From assembly GCA_963714975.1 (NCBI GenBank), contig CAVQQD010000003.1, positions 544,001 to 608,000 of the forward strand: a stretch of 64,000 nucleotides of DNA, given 5' to 3'. Positions 1 to 9,878 of this stretch are shown here, piece by piece (within the stretch, counting starts at the first letter, position 1; each line of letters starts with the position of its first letter). The position numbers and the translations under genes are program-made. The notes under the pieces were generated by a model. The model did not search any database and had not been told where the DNA came from. It saw only the letters and a program-made list of their open reading frames with translations. The stretch is from an uncultured Gammaproteobacteria bacterium (GTDB taxonomy: Bacteria > Pseudomonadota > Gammaproteobacteria > JAURND01).

Positions 1-649
1 GAAACTCCCCTATCGTCCTTCCATAGTCTTCTGTATTGAATATTGCGGATCCAATCACAAAAGTATCAGCCCCAGCTTCGGCAATTTGGGCAATGTTATC
101 GATTTTGATTCCTCCATCGACCTCCAGCCTAGGATTGTATCCACCTTGTATCAACATTTGTCGTACCGTTTTAATTTTATTGAGTGCACTAGGAATAAAT
201 GGTTGGTTGGAAAACCCTGGATTTACCGACATAATCATAATCAAATCGAGTTTATCTAATAAATGATCAAGATAATTCAATGGCGTACCGGGATTAAACA
301 CTAGCCCGGCTTTACAACCTAAATCACGAATAAGCTGGATACTGCGATCAAGATGGTCTGAGGCTTCGGGATGGATGGTAATATAATCAGCCCCTGCCTT
401 AGCAAAGTCTTGAATAAGGCGATCCACTGGCCTGGTCATCAAATGCACGTCTAACGGAGCGGTAATTCCATAGCTGCGTAAGGCCGAGCAGACAATAGGA
501 CCAATCGTTAAGTTTGGAACATAATGATTATCCATCACGTCGATATGGATCCAATCTGCTCCTGCAGCAAGGACATCCTTGGTCTCTTTCCCTAATTGAG
601 CAAAATCAGCCGATAATAGTGAAGCAGATATTTTATAGGAGTTCATCAT
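1..649 (-). CDS. rpe: Ribulose-phosphate 3-epimerase (3' end runs off the window)
   Basis: Manual minus-strand translation: [20 protein letters not shown]...[19 protein letters not shown]...DVHLM...MSVNPGF...LEVDGGI. Confidence 0.95.
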   Translation of the reverse strand, partial: MMNSYKISASLLSADFAQLGKETKDVLAAGADWIHIDVMDNHYVPNLTIGPIVCSALRSYGITAPLDVHLMTRPVDRLIQDFAKAGADYITIHPEASDHLDRSIQLIRDLGCKAGLVFNPGTPLNYLDHLLDKLDLIMIMSVNPGFSNQPFIPSALNKIKTVRQMLIQGGYNPRLEVDGGIKIDNIAQIAEAGADTFVIGSAIFNTEDYGRTIGEF

Positions 650-751
650 AGTGGATAGAATATTCCTCACGCGATGGGGAATTGTCAAGGAGAAAAGCAC
701 GCATCGTCCTTTGAAAAATAATTTCCCCCTTTGAAAAAGGGGGATTATTTT

Positions 752-837
752 GGCTCTATGAAGATTTGAGTGGGTACATATATCCTTCTCCCCTTGTGGG
801 AGAAGGAAAATCTACCCACTCGATTCTACATAGAACC
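752..837. mobile_element. MITE copy 1 (GGCTCTATG...CATAGAACC) with 8-bp target duplication
   Basis: Imperfect palindrome flanked by ATTATTTT at 744-751 and 838-845; near-identical copy at 17183-17267. Confidence 0.8.
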
Positions 838-882
838 ATTATTTTGTCCTCTACAGAGGGTGATATCCGCTGAGTAAGCCAC

Positions 883-902
883 CTTAATTTTAAGTTAATG
901 TA
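883..902 (+). promoter_or_regulatory. PmrA-type box
   Basis: CTTAATTTT-AA-GTTAATGTA resembles cTTAATatT-N2-cTTAATatT, about 50 bp upstream of the 715-aa ORF. Confidence 0.6.
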
Positions 903-950
903 AGTATGGTTTAATACCCACTTTAGCAACATTTAAACGAGGAATGATCC

Positions 951-3098
951 GTGGAAGACAAATTACTACAATCTCCTGGCGAATCAGCATTTCCAAAGCT
1001 TGGATCAACACCTAATCGTATTTATTTACGGCACGATCAAAAACAAACTCAGATTGCTGCATACAAGGAAAGAAAAGAGCCATCAGAAGTAACTATTTGG
1101 GCTCCAAAGTGGGTGGAGCAGGAGCTGCAAAAGCTAGCAACCGTACTAAAAGGACAGACATTTAAGGTTTACGAATACAATAGTGAAAATGAAGTTCCCA
1201 TTCACACATTTACGGTGGGAGATTCTCTAACATTGGAACAGTTGGTAATGATCGCTCGCAATGAGCCCAAAAACGTGGGCGGAAATATTGGCGAAGATTT
1301 TATGTTAAGTACGGCAAGTGAGGATCCGGTACACGATGCCGTTCGGTATCTGTACCCAGGGTTATTCACGGCACAAGAACCTAAAAGTCCAATGGGAAAG
1401 TCGCAATTAGGGCTCATTCATGCAATACATGATTTGGTAAAGCATCTTGTGATTATCAGTCCCAATGAAAAGGCAACACAGTATGGTGGTTACAGATCCA
1501 AAGAAACAAAATATGTGAGTCCCCAACCAGTCTATCTTATTGATTTAATGGGCTTGCAACTCCTAAAAGATTTCCATTCCTTAAGACAGTTATTCATTCC
1601 TGAAAATCCGCAGAGAAGACCTAAGGGTTATCTTGATGCAGCTATTTACCAACACACAGTTGGGAAGAAACAACCTACCTATACTGAAATCCATGAAGCC
1701 AAAAATCAAGAAAATAATAGTGATTATGCCTTAGTTAACAGTTTTCACTATGGTAATGGTTATTTTGATGTGCAGGGATATCGCAATTTTGTTGCCCAAG
1801 ATTTTATTTTAAGTGCTATGGCTGTTGGCGATGCGGCTCAGAAAAAGGGAGATCAATTGGATTTTCGTTTTCTTAGCTATGGCACGGGAGCTTTCATTAA
1901 TGACACAAAGATTCAGCCTATTTTACAAGAGAATATACTTGAGGGCGTATATGTTGGTTTAAGCAGCATGGTTGGATCAGGTCGTTGGCCTGCTCAAATA
2001 AAACGCTTAACTTTTTGTCACTACGAATTAAAGAGTGAATCTGCAAAACAGCAAAAACAAAAGCTTGAAAAATTCTGTAATCAACATGGCATACAATGTG
2101 TTTTTGGCCAAATAGATGCATTACAACAAATCTCCGATGAAGATTCATTAAAAATAGCAACTACCATGGCTACTGATCCCTTTGTGGTTGCGGCGAATGA
2201 AAAAAATTGGGCCAGTCTAGATGCGGCAATAGGAGAAAATGTGGTGAGTGAAGCTAATACCTTATCACCCCATTTTTCTGAAATGCGAGAGATCTACCTG
2301 GATCTGAATTCCAAAGAAAAATTGGAGGAGGAGACGGAGAAAAAACAGAGCACTAAAAATCCTGCTGCAGAAAAAGCACAGGAGACTGTGTCTATCGATG
2401 AACTAAAATTACTCCGTACCGAGGCTACTGGGGAGAAAATAGGGCAAGCTGCAGTAAATCATCTTGATTTGATTAATGCAGGAGAAGGTAACCAGAGCGT
2501 ACGGGTTGATGAGCTAAAACATAGCATTGCATTAGCAATTGATGCTTTCGGGTTAGAAAATCCACCTCGACCTAAAGACAATTTAAGTGCAGTGATACAC
2601 GCATTACCTACTGATTCTCTAAAGACATTCGGTGCAGATTATCTCAAAGCTAAGGAAGCTCTAACAGAACCTTTAACCAGGCCTAAGCCCCAAGGCGCAT
2701 ACAAACCACCAATACCCACTCCTATCAGGGAAATCCCCGCCCCCAGTAAGTGTGTTAAATTTCGACACTTTTTGTTTAAAACTCCAATTGGGCAAGCTGT
2801 GATGCTGACAGGTCTAGAGGGGATCTCGGTGCCAATCACATACGGAGTAGGGGCGGGATTGGATGCGTGTTTTAGAGATATCAATGCTTGGGATACCATC
2901 CATGCCTTTATGTCTTCTAAGCCATGGGGAACTAACTCTGGGGCCGACATTTTTGCAACTCCTTATACCCCTTATGTGGGGGCATTTTTAATAGGCCTTG
3001 CTGTCATTTATTGTTTACATCGTTCCAAAGCAGCACCAAAGGATGTTGCTGCTGTGGCCGCTGTGCAAGAGGAGAAGCAGAAGACCCCTCTCGCTTAA
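951..3098 (+). CDS. Hypothetical protein, putative Dot/Icm effector (possible macrodomain-like core, C-terminal hydrophobic segments)
   Basis: 715-aa ORF, RBS GAGGA, PmrA-type box; motifs LSYGTGAF and DPFVVAANEKNWASLDAAIGEN; C-terminus EEKQKTPLA. Confidence 0.6.
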   Translation: MEDKLLQSPGESAFPKLGSTPNRIYLRHDQKQTQIAAYKERKEPSEVTIWAPKWVEQELQKLATVLKGQTFKVYEYNSENEVPIHTFTVGDSLTLEQLVMIARNEPKNVGGNIGEDFMLSTASEDPVHDAVRYLYPGLFTAQEPKSPMGKSQLGLIHAIHDLVKHLVIISPNEKATQYGGYRSKETKYVSPQPVYLIDLMGLQLLKDFHSLRQLFIPENPQRRPKGYLDAAIYQHTVGKKQPTYTEIHEAKNQENNSDYALVNSFHYGNGYFDVQGYRNFVAQDFILSAMAVGDAAQKKGDQLDFRFLSYGTGAFINDTKIQPILQENILEGVYVGLSSMVGSGRWPAQIKRLTFCHYELKSESAKQQKQKLEKFCNQHGIQCVFGQIDALQQISDEDSLKIATTMATDPFVVAANEKNWASLDAAIGENVVSEANTLSPHFSEMREIYLDLNSKEKLEEETEKKQSTKNPAAEKAQETVSIDELKLLRTEATGEKIGQAAVNHLDLINAGEGNQSVRVDELKHSIALAIDAFGLENPPRPKDNLSAVIHALPTDSLKTFGADYLKAKEALTEPLTRPKPQGAYKPPIPTPIREIPAPSKCVKFRHFLFKTPIGQAVMLTGLEGISVPITYGVGAGLDACFRDINAWDTIHAFMSSKPWGTNSGADIFATPYTPYVGAFLIGLAVIYCLHRSKAAPKDVAAVAAVQEEKQKTPLA

Positions 3099-3130
3099 TC
3101 CCCTCTCCCGCAAGCGGTAGAAGGGAATTC

Positions 3131-4180
3131 CTAACTGCGCCAATGTAACGTCGTTTCTGGGATGGGATTATTAAATGGTTTATTTTCGCGCTGTGCCGTC
3201 ATATAGGCTTTTTTTAGCTGTTGATACCATTTTGCTTGCGTGTCGGCATCATTGATTAAAATCAATGCGGGATTCTCTTTGAGTCCTTCTTGCTGCTTTA
3301 CGATTACTTGATAATCTTGATTTAGAAAAGCCCGGGCAAAGAGCCGAAATAGTGGCTTCAGCAAATTAAATCCCTTGGGTAAGGTCCAATAAAAAAATTG
3401 ATGAATTTCAGTGCGTGATTCGTCGATGGGGGTGAGGGTAGTGAGTGCACAGAGCGTATAGCGACCTGCTTGGATATGTTCGATTCGAACCCCGGGTAAT
3501 TGAAAGCTAATCTCAGTACTAATGTCGCCACCTAGCAGCGCATAGGCCCGAGAATTTTTCGAAGGACGGTGCTTGAGCATTTTAAAACCAAGAGGAATAG
3601 GGGCAAATTGCTTGCTTTTAGCATGAATTGATTTTCTCGAGCGCCAAAACCAAGAACGATGCACAAAAGGCCCATGTGCCGGGTCCATTAAACCAATCAC
3701 AGCATGATCTATGTCACAGGGGAAGCTTTTAGTTTCAATCATGTCAGGCATTTTATTACCCATTGCTGGGACCTGCGGGATTGGAGGTAATTGGTCAGGA
3801 ATTTTCTGTTGAGGTTTGGGCAGATAAACCCAAATATTTCCTTGGACCTCTTGGCAGGGGAATTTAAAAGTCCGAATTCGAGCAATGTTGAACTTTTGTT
3901 CGGGTAATAGTGAGGGAATATCCGTGCAAATACCTTCGGCATTAAACCGCCAGCCATGATAGCAACATTCGATTTCACAACCATCGAATTGGCCATAGCT
4001 CAGTGGAATGCCGCGATGTGGGCAGATATTGCGCAGTGCAAACACTTCTCCCGCTTGGGTGCGTCCCAAGAGAATTGATTGTCCCAACATTTTTTTAGCG
4101 CGCATTGCCTTCTTACCCAAGGCTTGGCTTGGACAAGCAAGGTACCAAAGGCCAGTAATAAATAATTCAGAATCATGCAT
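3131..4180 (-). CDS. Rieske [2Fe-2S] oxygenase alpha subunit (VanA-like)
   Basis: Rieske CPHRG...CCYHGW motif and mononuclear-iron DPAHGPFVH motif. Confidence 0.9.
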   Translation of the reverse strand: MHDSELFITGLWYLACPSQALGKKAMRAKKMLGQSILLGRTQAGEVFALRNICPHRGIPLSYGQFDGCEIECCYHGWRFNAEGICTDIPSLLPEQKFNIARIRTFKFPCQEVQGNIWVYLPKPQQKIPDQLPPIPQVPAMGNKMPDMIETKSFPCDIDHAVIGLMDPAHGPFVHRSWFWRSRKSIHAKSKQFAPIPLGFKMLKHRPSKNSRAYALLGGDISTEISFQLPGVRIEHIQAGRYTLCALTTLTPIDESRTEIHQFFYWTLPKGFNLLKPLFRLFARAFLNQDYQVIVKQQEGLKENPALILINDADTQAKWYQQLKKAYMTAQRENKPFNNPIPETTLHWRS

Positions 4181-4237
4181 AAATAGAATGGTAGCCGTCG
4201 TCTCCTAGGATTGCTATGCTAACGGCTTTTCAGGATT

Positions 4238-5545
4238 ATGGCTATGACCAAAACTTTTTTGAGCGATGTTCCTCATCTAACCACGGCTTTTAAAGGGCCG
4301 CTGCATAAATTAGAACAACATCTGCTTGACCATCAAGTGGAAATTGAATGTTGGCTGAGAAAGTACTGGCAAACACTGCCCTTGCTCTTCTATTCTTCGG
4401 TGGATTTGCGCAATGCCGGGTTTAAATTAGCGCCAGTCGATACCAATCTGTTCCCTGCTGGATTTAATAACTTAAATCCTGATTTCCTCCCTTTGTGTAT
4501 TCAAGCAGTCCAGGTAACCTTGGAACAATTGAATCCTATTGCAACTGAAATCCTATTAATTCCAGAAAGCCACACGCGCTTAAGTTATTATTTTGAGCAT
4601 TTGGCCGCTTTGCATGAGATCTTGGTGAAAGCGGGTTATACCGTGCGAGTGGGGTCTTTGTTAGAAGAGTTACGAAAACCACATCAGATTGATTTACCCT
4701 CGGGCCAGAGCATTTGCATTGAGCCGCTACAACGCCAGGGAAATCGCTTGGGCCTTGAGCATTATTCACCGGATTTAATTGTGTTAAATAATGATTTATC
4801 TAGCGGTGTTCCTGATATTTTAAAAAATTTAGAACAACCCATTATTCCATCCTCAACTTTGGGGTGGACCACTCGATCTAAAACCCAGCATTTTTTCCAT
4901 TATCAACATATTGCCCAAAACTTTGCTCAAGCTATTGGCATTGATCCTTGGCTGATTACGCCTGAATTTCGTTTTTGTGATCAGGTTGATTTCGCGCACG
5001 GTGAGGGTATCGAATGCCTGGTAGCGAATGCGAAAGACTTATTGCAAAATATTCAGCAAAAATACCAGCAATATGGGATTGAACATACGCCTTTTCTGAT
5101 GATGAAGGCGGATGCTGGGACCTATGGAATGGCGGTAATGACGGTTAAGGATCCTGAGGAAATAACGCATCTTAATCGTAAGCAACGCTTAAATATGTCT
5201 CATACCAAAGGGGGAATGCCTGTCACCAAGGTAGTGCTGCAGGAGGGGGTCTATACGTTTGAAACCTGGGGACAGGAACATGCGGTGGCGGAACCTGTGG
5301 TTTATATGATCGGTCGACATGTCGTGGGTGGTTTTTATCGGGTACATTCTCAGAAGGGAATTGACGAGAATCTGAATGCACCAGGAATGAATTTTCAGCC
5401 CTTGGCTTTTGTGGATGCTTGTAATAATCCTTGCCAACCAGTGGATTCTTGCAGTAATCGATTTTATGCTTATGGCGTTATTGCACGTTTGGCAATGTTA
5501 GCTGCCGCCATGGAAGGCTACGGTATTGAACAAAAACATCCTTAA
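4238..5545 (+). CDS. gshA: Glutamate--cysteine ligase
   Basis: YSSVDLRNAGFKLAPVDTNLFPAGFNNL, KADAGTYGMAV, AEPVVY, NRFYAYGVIARLA. Confidence 0.93.
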   Translation: MAMTKTFLSDVPHLTTAFKGPLHKLEQHLLDHQVEIECWLRKYWQTLPLLFYSSVDLRNAGFKLAPVDTNLFPAGFNNLNPDFLPLCIQAVQVTLEQLNPIATEILLIPESHTRLSYYFEHLAALHEILVKAGYTVRVGSLLEELRKPHQIDLPSGQSICIEPLQRQGNRLGLEHYSPDLIVLNNDLSSGVPDILKNLEQPIIPSSTLGWTTRSKTQHFFHYQHIAQNFAQAIGIDPWLITPEFRFCDQVDFAHGEGIECLVANAKDLLQNIQQKYQQYGIEHTPFLMMKADAGTYGMAVMTVKDPEEITHLNRKQRLNMSHTKGGMPVTKVVLQEGVYTFETWGQEHAVAEPVVYMIGRHVVGGFYRVHSQKGIDENLNAPGMNFQPLAFVDACNNPCQPVDSCSNRFYAYGVIARLAMLAAAMEGYGIEQKHP

Positions 5546-5585
5546 TATATTCTTTCCTTGACTCTTACTAATAACGAGGTTTGTT

Positions 5586-6731
5586 ATGAAATTACCCATT
5601 GGGATCAGCGATTTTAAAAAAATTATCGAGGGGAATTATTATTTCTTTGATAAGAGCTTATTTATCAAAGAAATTCTTGATGACACCGAAATCTTATTAA
5701 TCACTCGCCCACGACGTTTTGGTAAGACTTTGAATATGTCAATGCTACGCCATTTTTTTGCCAAAGAAATATGGGGTGAAGCCACTGACCCTAGCTTGTT
5801 CGATGGCTTAAACATTACTCGTTGCTCAGCAGAATATCTTCAGCATCAAGGCCACTATCCGGTGATTTTCTTAACCCTTAAAGATGTAAAGGATAATAAT
5901 TTCGACAATTTCTACACCAGCTTTTGCCAGGTAATTAGCGAGCTTTATTCAGAGCACCGCTATTTATTAGAGAGCGATAGCTTATATTCTGAGGATAAAG
6001 ATGTTTATCGGTCTATTCTGGATCAGCAGGCCAGTTTTGCAAATATGCAAGTTGCCTTAAAAAATTTAACTCGATATTTGTATCTACATCATAATGTCCA
6101 TCCATTAGTATTAATCGATGAATACGACACTCCAATTCAATCCGGTTATGCACATAATTATTATGATAAAGTGATTGGCTTATTTCGTCATTTTTTAGGT
6201 GCTGCCTTAAAAGATAATCCCTTTTTATTTAAGGCAGTATTGACGGGAATTTTACGCGTTTCTAAAGAGAGTTTATTTTCGGGATTAAATAATATCAAAG
6301 TCTATTCAGTATTAAATCCGCGCTATGGTGCTTATTTTGGTTTTACCGAACCAGAGGTCGCGCAATTATTAGCAGATACAAAACTAGAATCTTATAAGGA
6401 GCGTATTAAAGATTGGTATAATGGCTATCAAATTGGCGAATGTGTTCTTTATAATCCCTGGTCGGTTCTGTCTTGTCTTGATGAAAAAGTGTTCAAACCT
6501 TACTGGGTGAATACCAGCGACAATCTATTAATTAAACAGTTATTCTTACAGTCAAACCTAGGTTTTAAAGAGCGTTTTGAAGATATCTTGCAAGACAAAC
6601 CCATTAGCCAACTCATCGATGAAAATTTTGTGTTCCCTGATTTGACAGGTAATAATGCTGCGCAACGAACAAGTTCGTTGCTTGCAATCAGGGGGGAGAA
6701 TACGTGGGAGAAGGATAATCTGCCCATTTGA
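5586..6731 (+). CDS. AAA-ATPase-like protein (family usually fused to a PD-(D/E)XK nuclease), C-terminally truncated
   Basis: LPIGISDF, RPRRFGKTL, LIDEYDTP, LTGILRV, YNPWS; family likeness ends near 6655. Confidence 0.8.
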   Translation: MKLPIGISDFKKIIEGNYYFFDKSLFIKEILDDTEILLITRPRRFGKTLNMSMLRHFFAKEIWGEATDPSLFDGLNITRCSAEYLQHQGHYPVIFLTLKDVKDNNFDNFYTSFCQVISELYSEHRYLLESDSLYSEDKDVYRSILDQQASFANMQVALKNLTRYLYLHHNVHPLVLIDEYDTPIQSGYAHNYYDKVIGLFRHFLGAALKDNPFLFKAVLTGILRVSKESLFSGLNNIKVYSVLNPRYGAYFGFTEPEVAQLLADTKLESYKERIKDWYNGYQIGECVLYNPWSVLSCLDEKVFKPYWVNTSDNLLIKQLFLQSNLGFKERFEDILQDKPISQLIDENFVFPDLTGNNAAQRTSSLLAIRGENTWEKDNLPI

Positions 6732-6737
6732 ATCGGG

Positions 6738-7154
6738 CTAGTCCACTGAAAAAGAAGACCCACACCCACATGTAGTTTTGGCTTTGGCATTATTCCGCAC
6801 CACAAAATATTCGCCTTTGATGTCTTGGGTGTAATCAACTTCCACGCCTTCTTCTAAATAGGGGAGGCTGAAAGCATCGACAATCACTTCTACGCCAGGG
6901 ATTAACTGACTGCTACCCTCTCCGTTGCCTCCTGCTTCGTCAGCTGTTTTAATTTCTTCCTTAATTTCTTGCTTAATTACAACATCGTCGGGATTGGTTT
7001 TTTCTTCAAAGCTAAATCCATATTGAAATCCTGAACAACCGCCTCCGGTAATAAAAATCCGAAACTTCAAATTAGGGTTGCCTTCTTCCTCAATAAGTTT
7101 ATAAACTTTGCGGATGGCGTTGTTAGTCAGTTTAATAGGATGAGTCGTATGCAT
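6738..7154 (-). CDS. erpA: Iron-sulfur cluster insertion protein ErpA
   Basis: RIFITGGGCSGFQYGF and TTCGCGSSFS. Confidence 0.9.
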   Translation of the reverse strand: MHTTHPIKLTNNAIRKVYKLIEEEGNPNLKFRIFITGGGCSGFQYGFSFEEKTNPDDVVIKQEIKEEIKTADEAGGNGEGSSQLIPGVEVIVDAFSLPYLEEGVEVDYTQDIKGEYFVVRNNAKAKTTCGCGSSFSVD

Positions 7155-7191
7155 GAGGGAATAATGACGAAATTATCATGAGGCGTCAAGT

Positions 7192-7617
7192 ATGCTATGG
7201 GTGAAAGCCTTACACTTAATATTTGTGATAACCTGGTTTAGCTGTTTATTTTATTTGCCACGGTTATTCGTTTATCACGCAATGAGCCAAGATGAAGTTA
7301 GTCTTAAGCGCTTCGTGGTGATGGAGCGCAAGCTCTATTATAACATTGCCTGGCCGAGTGCCTTATTAGCAACATTTTTTGGGTTATGGTTGCTGGTTGA
7401 TCATTGGACTTTCTACCTTCATGCCACCTGGATGCAGCTCAAATTGGCCTTGGTAGTGGTGCTTTGGGCCTACCATGGCGTATGCGGTCACTATCGTCGG
7501 CAATTTCAGCAGACTCGAAATCAACACTCTGCGACTTTTTATCGTTGGTTTAACGAAGTGCCAGCGGTTATTCTGGTCATCGTGGTTATTTTGGTTATTG
7601 TTAAACCCCTTCTTTAA
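7192..7617 (+). CDS. hemJ: Protoporphyrinogen oxidase HemJ
   Basis: WVKALHLIFV, YLPRLFVYH, MERKLY, RWFNEVP, VIVKP. Confidence 0.92.
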   Translation: MLWVKALHLIFVITWFSCLFYLPRLFVYHAMSQDEVSLKRFVVMERKLYYNIAWPSALLATFFGLWLLVDHWTFYLHATWMQLKLALVVVLWAYHGVCGHYRRQFQQTRNQHSATFYRWFNEVPAVILVIVVILVIVKPLL

Positions 7618-7632
7618 TATTCCTTTAATCTT
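7613..7632 (+). promoter_or_regulatory. PmrA-type box upstream of icmV-dotA
   Basis: TTTAATATT-CC-TTTAATCTT followed by a -10-like TACAAT at 7640-7645. Confidence 0.7.
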
Positions 7633-7677
7633 AGTGAGGTACAATAGGCGCTTATTTAGTAATCCAAAGAGGTTGGT

Positions 7678-8136
7678 ATGGTGAAGAAAATATTCCGTGG
7701 TATAGGTCGCATATTTTTTCCTATTCGCAACGTGAAACGTGCGCTTGGGCTAGCAGAATTGAAAACTAGTTTTCAAAATTCTCGAGAGACTTTACAAAGT
7801 ATCTTCACTCCTGCTAAAACCAAGGTGGTAAAAGAAACTTTTGAAGAGGCGATGGTGCGTTGTCAATTGACTGAAGATTCTTTGCGAGAACGTCTAAAAA
7901 GTCTGATAATTACCATGAGTGTTTATGCGGTATTAGCAGTTATTTGTTTTGCGTATGCAATTTATATGTTGTCTATAGGACTTGTGTTAGGAGCGTTTAT
8001 TTCATTTGTGCTCACAATTACAGCTGTAGGGTTTGCCTATCGAGACCATTTTTGGTACGTGCAAATCAAATGCCGGCGTTTAGGCATGAGCTTTAAAGAC
8101 TGGGCCCATTATACTTTCGGGAGTATTAAAAAATGA
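7678..8136 (+). CDS. icmV: Dot/Icm protein IcmV
   Basis: ETFEEAM, two TM helices, YRDHFWYVQIK.RRLG.SFKDW; overlaps the start of dotA. Confidence 0.88.
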   Translation: MVKKIFRGIGRIFFPIRNVKRALGLAELKTSFQNSRETLQSIFTPAKTKVVKETFEEAMVRCQLTEDSLRERLKSLIITMSVYAVLAVICFAYAIYMLSIGLVLGAFISFVLTITAVGFAYRDHFWYVQIKCRRLGMSFKDWAHYTFGSIKK

Positions 8137-9878
8137 TAAACCGGCTCAGACCAGTCTTTCTATGCCTTCTGCTTTTTTTACCGATTGCTGCTTTTGCAGA
8201 TATCGCTAGTGTCCTTGGGTTCCTTACGCCTTCACAGGGCGAATTTTCTATCAACTTGCTCTCCAGATTCTTAGGTAGTTTGGGGGGTGTTCTTTATGGG
8301 GGCGGTAATCAAATTATTGGTTCCTTGATGGGGATTATCAATAGTTGCGCCGTGATTCTCATCGGCGTTGCCGTTTGTTTTACCGTATGGGATGGCGTAG
8401 TGACTTCAGCTGCCAGCGGCGAAATGATGTCCAATAAAGGTCGCAAAACCGTATTTACTATTTTAAGGATTGTAGTGGGTTTTTGTTTAGTGGCTCCTGG
8501 CCCTACGGGTTATTCATTAGCACAATCCGGTGTCGCTTGGGTAGTCGTCCAAGGGGTTGGTTTAGCGGACCGGGTTTCTGACAAACTGTATACCTATATT
8601 AACGATGGCGGTAAGGTCTTTACCGTCCAACCCTCAGGTCTTGAAGATATCAAACCTTATTCGCGGATTAGTAGTGCTATTCTGAAATCAGCCATTTGTA
8701 TGTATAAATTACAGGACATTCAATTGGCTGAGCAACAAGCAACCGAAGAAGCTCATAAAGCCGCTATGGAATCGGAGGTGAGTACGGGTATCCTGTTGCC
8801 GGAACTCAAAACAGCTGATGAAATTGGCTACAGTGTGAATAACAATAATACGATTACCTTTGGCAGTAAAAATCCTGACTATAATCCAGGTGATCCCGAA
8901 TCCACGATGTATAAAAGCCAGTGTGGCCAAGTGGCTTTTACTGTGAGTGATGCTACCTTAGGTTTGCGCTTAGGTGGTACAGGGACTCCAGAGCAAATTG
9001 GGCAAGAAAGAAAAGTGGTGCTGGGCTATGTCAAACAGGCAGCAAGTGAGACAGTGCAAAATCTATTACCAGTCGCCAAAGAAATTTCCACTTTAAACAA
9101 GAAAGATCCTGATTTTGATAAGACTCTGAACAATGTCAATGCTCGGGCGGTCGGGGCGATGGTCGGGGCTGGGATGAGCTTTGCTACTATGATGGATCCG
9201 GCACGGCGCCGCTCTGCCGCTTACATGCAGGATGAGGTTAAAAAATTAATTGAAGATATCCACCAAAATGGTTGGATGTATACCCCCTTATTGGTGATGA
9301 CGCCCGTATTAACGGAAGCGCAAGTAATCAGTGTTCGTGCCTATAATCCCGATGCAAAGGCCCCTGATTTGACGATCAGTTATTTCGATGATATCGACAA
9401 GAAGGCTAGGGAGGATTTGGCTTACTTGGTTGGGTTAGTCGATAACGAAGGCTATGTCAGTGATGCCAATCAATTACTTTACGAGGTCATGAGAAGTAAT
9501 CCAACCTGGAGCAGCATCGATTTTGGCGCCATTGATCCTTATAAAGATAAGGAATATCTCGACACCATCGTCGATTATGTAGATATGATTGTTGGGATAC
9601 CTAAGTCAGTTTTGGGCTGGATTAAAGGAACCCTAAATGTGGGCTTTGACTTAATCACGGGTCTATTTGGCATGCTGGGTAATTTGACTGATATTCTTAA
9701 TCCTGGTAAGTGGCTGGATTTATTGGTACCAGGCATCAGCTTGCCGAGCATGCCAGGCATCGGTGGTGGGGATGAGGTTTCCGATGCAGGTTTGGGGGAC
9801 TGGATTAAGCGGGGTGCATGTTATATAAGTCCTATAACCTGTCTTATACCCGGTGGGGGGCGGCGGCGGCGGCGGTGA
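8133..9878 (+). CDS. dotA: DotA/TraY family protein, N-terminal part (frameshift near 9855)
   Basis: Follows icmV; GYSLAQ..VAWVVVQGVGLAD, S.ICMY, GW.Y motifs typical of DotA. Confidence 0.85.
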   Translation: MINRLRPVFLCLLLFLPIAAFADIASVLGFLTPSQGEFSINLLSRFLGSLGGVLYGGGNQIIGSLMGIINSCAVILIGVAVCFTVWDGVVTSAASGEMMSNKGRKTVFTILRIVVGFCLVAPGPTGYSLAQSGVAWVVVQGVGLADRVSDKLYTYINDGGKVFTVQPSGLEDIKPYSRISSAILKSAICMYKLQDIQLAEQQATEEAHKAAMESEVSTGILLPELKTADEIGYSVNNNNTITFGSKNPDYNPGDPESTMYKSQCGQVAFTVSDATLGLRLGGTGTPEQIGQERKVVLGYVKQAASETVQNLLPVAKEISTLNKKDPDFDKTLNNVNARAVGAMVGAGMSFATMMDPARRRSAAYMQDEVKKLIEDIHQNGWMYTPLLVMTPVLTEAQVISVRAYNPDAKAPDLTISYFDDIDKKAREDLAYLVGLVDNEGYVSDANQLLYEVMRSNPTWSSIDFGAIDPYKDKEYLDTIVDYVDMIVGIPKSVLGWIKGTLNVGFDLITGLFGMLGNLTDILNPGKWLDLLVPGISLPSMPGIGGGDEVSDAGLGDWIKRGACYISPITCLIPGGGRRRRR

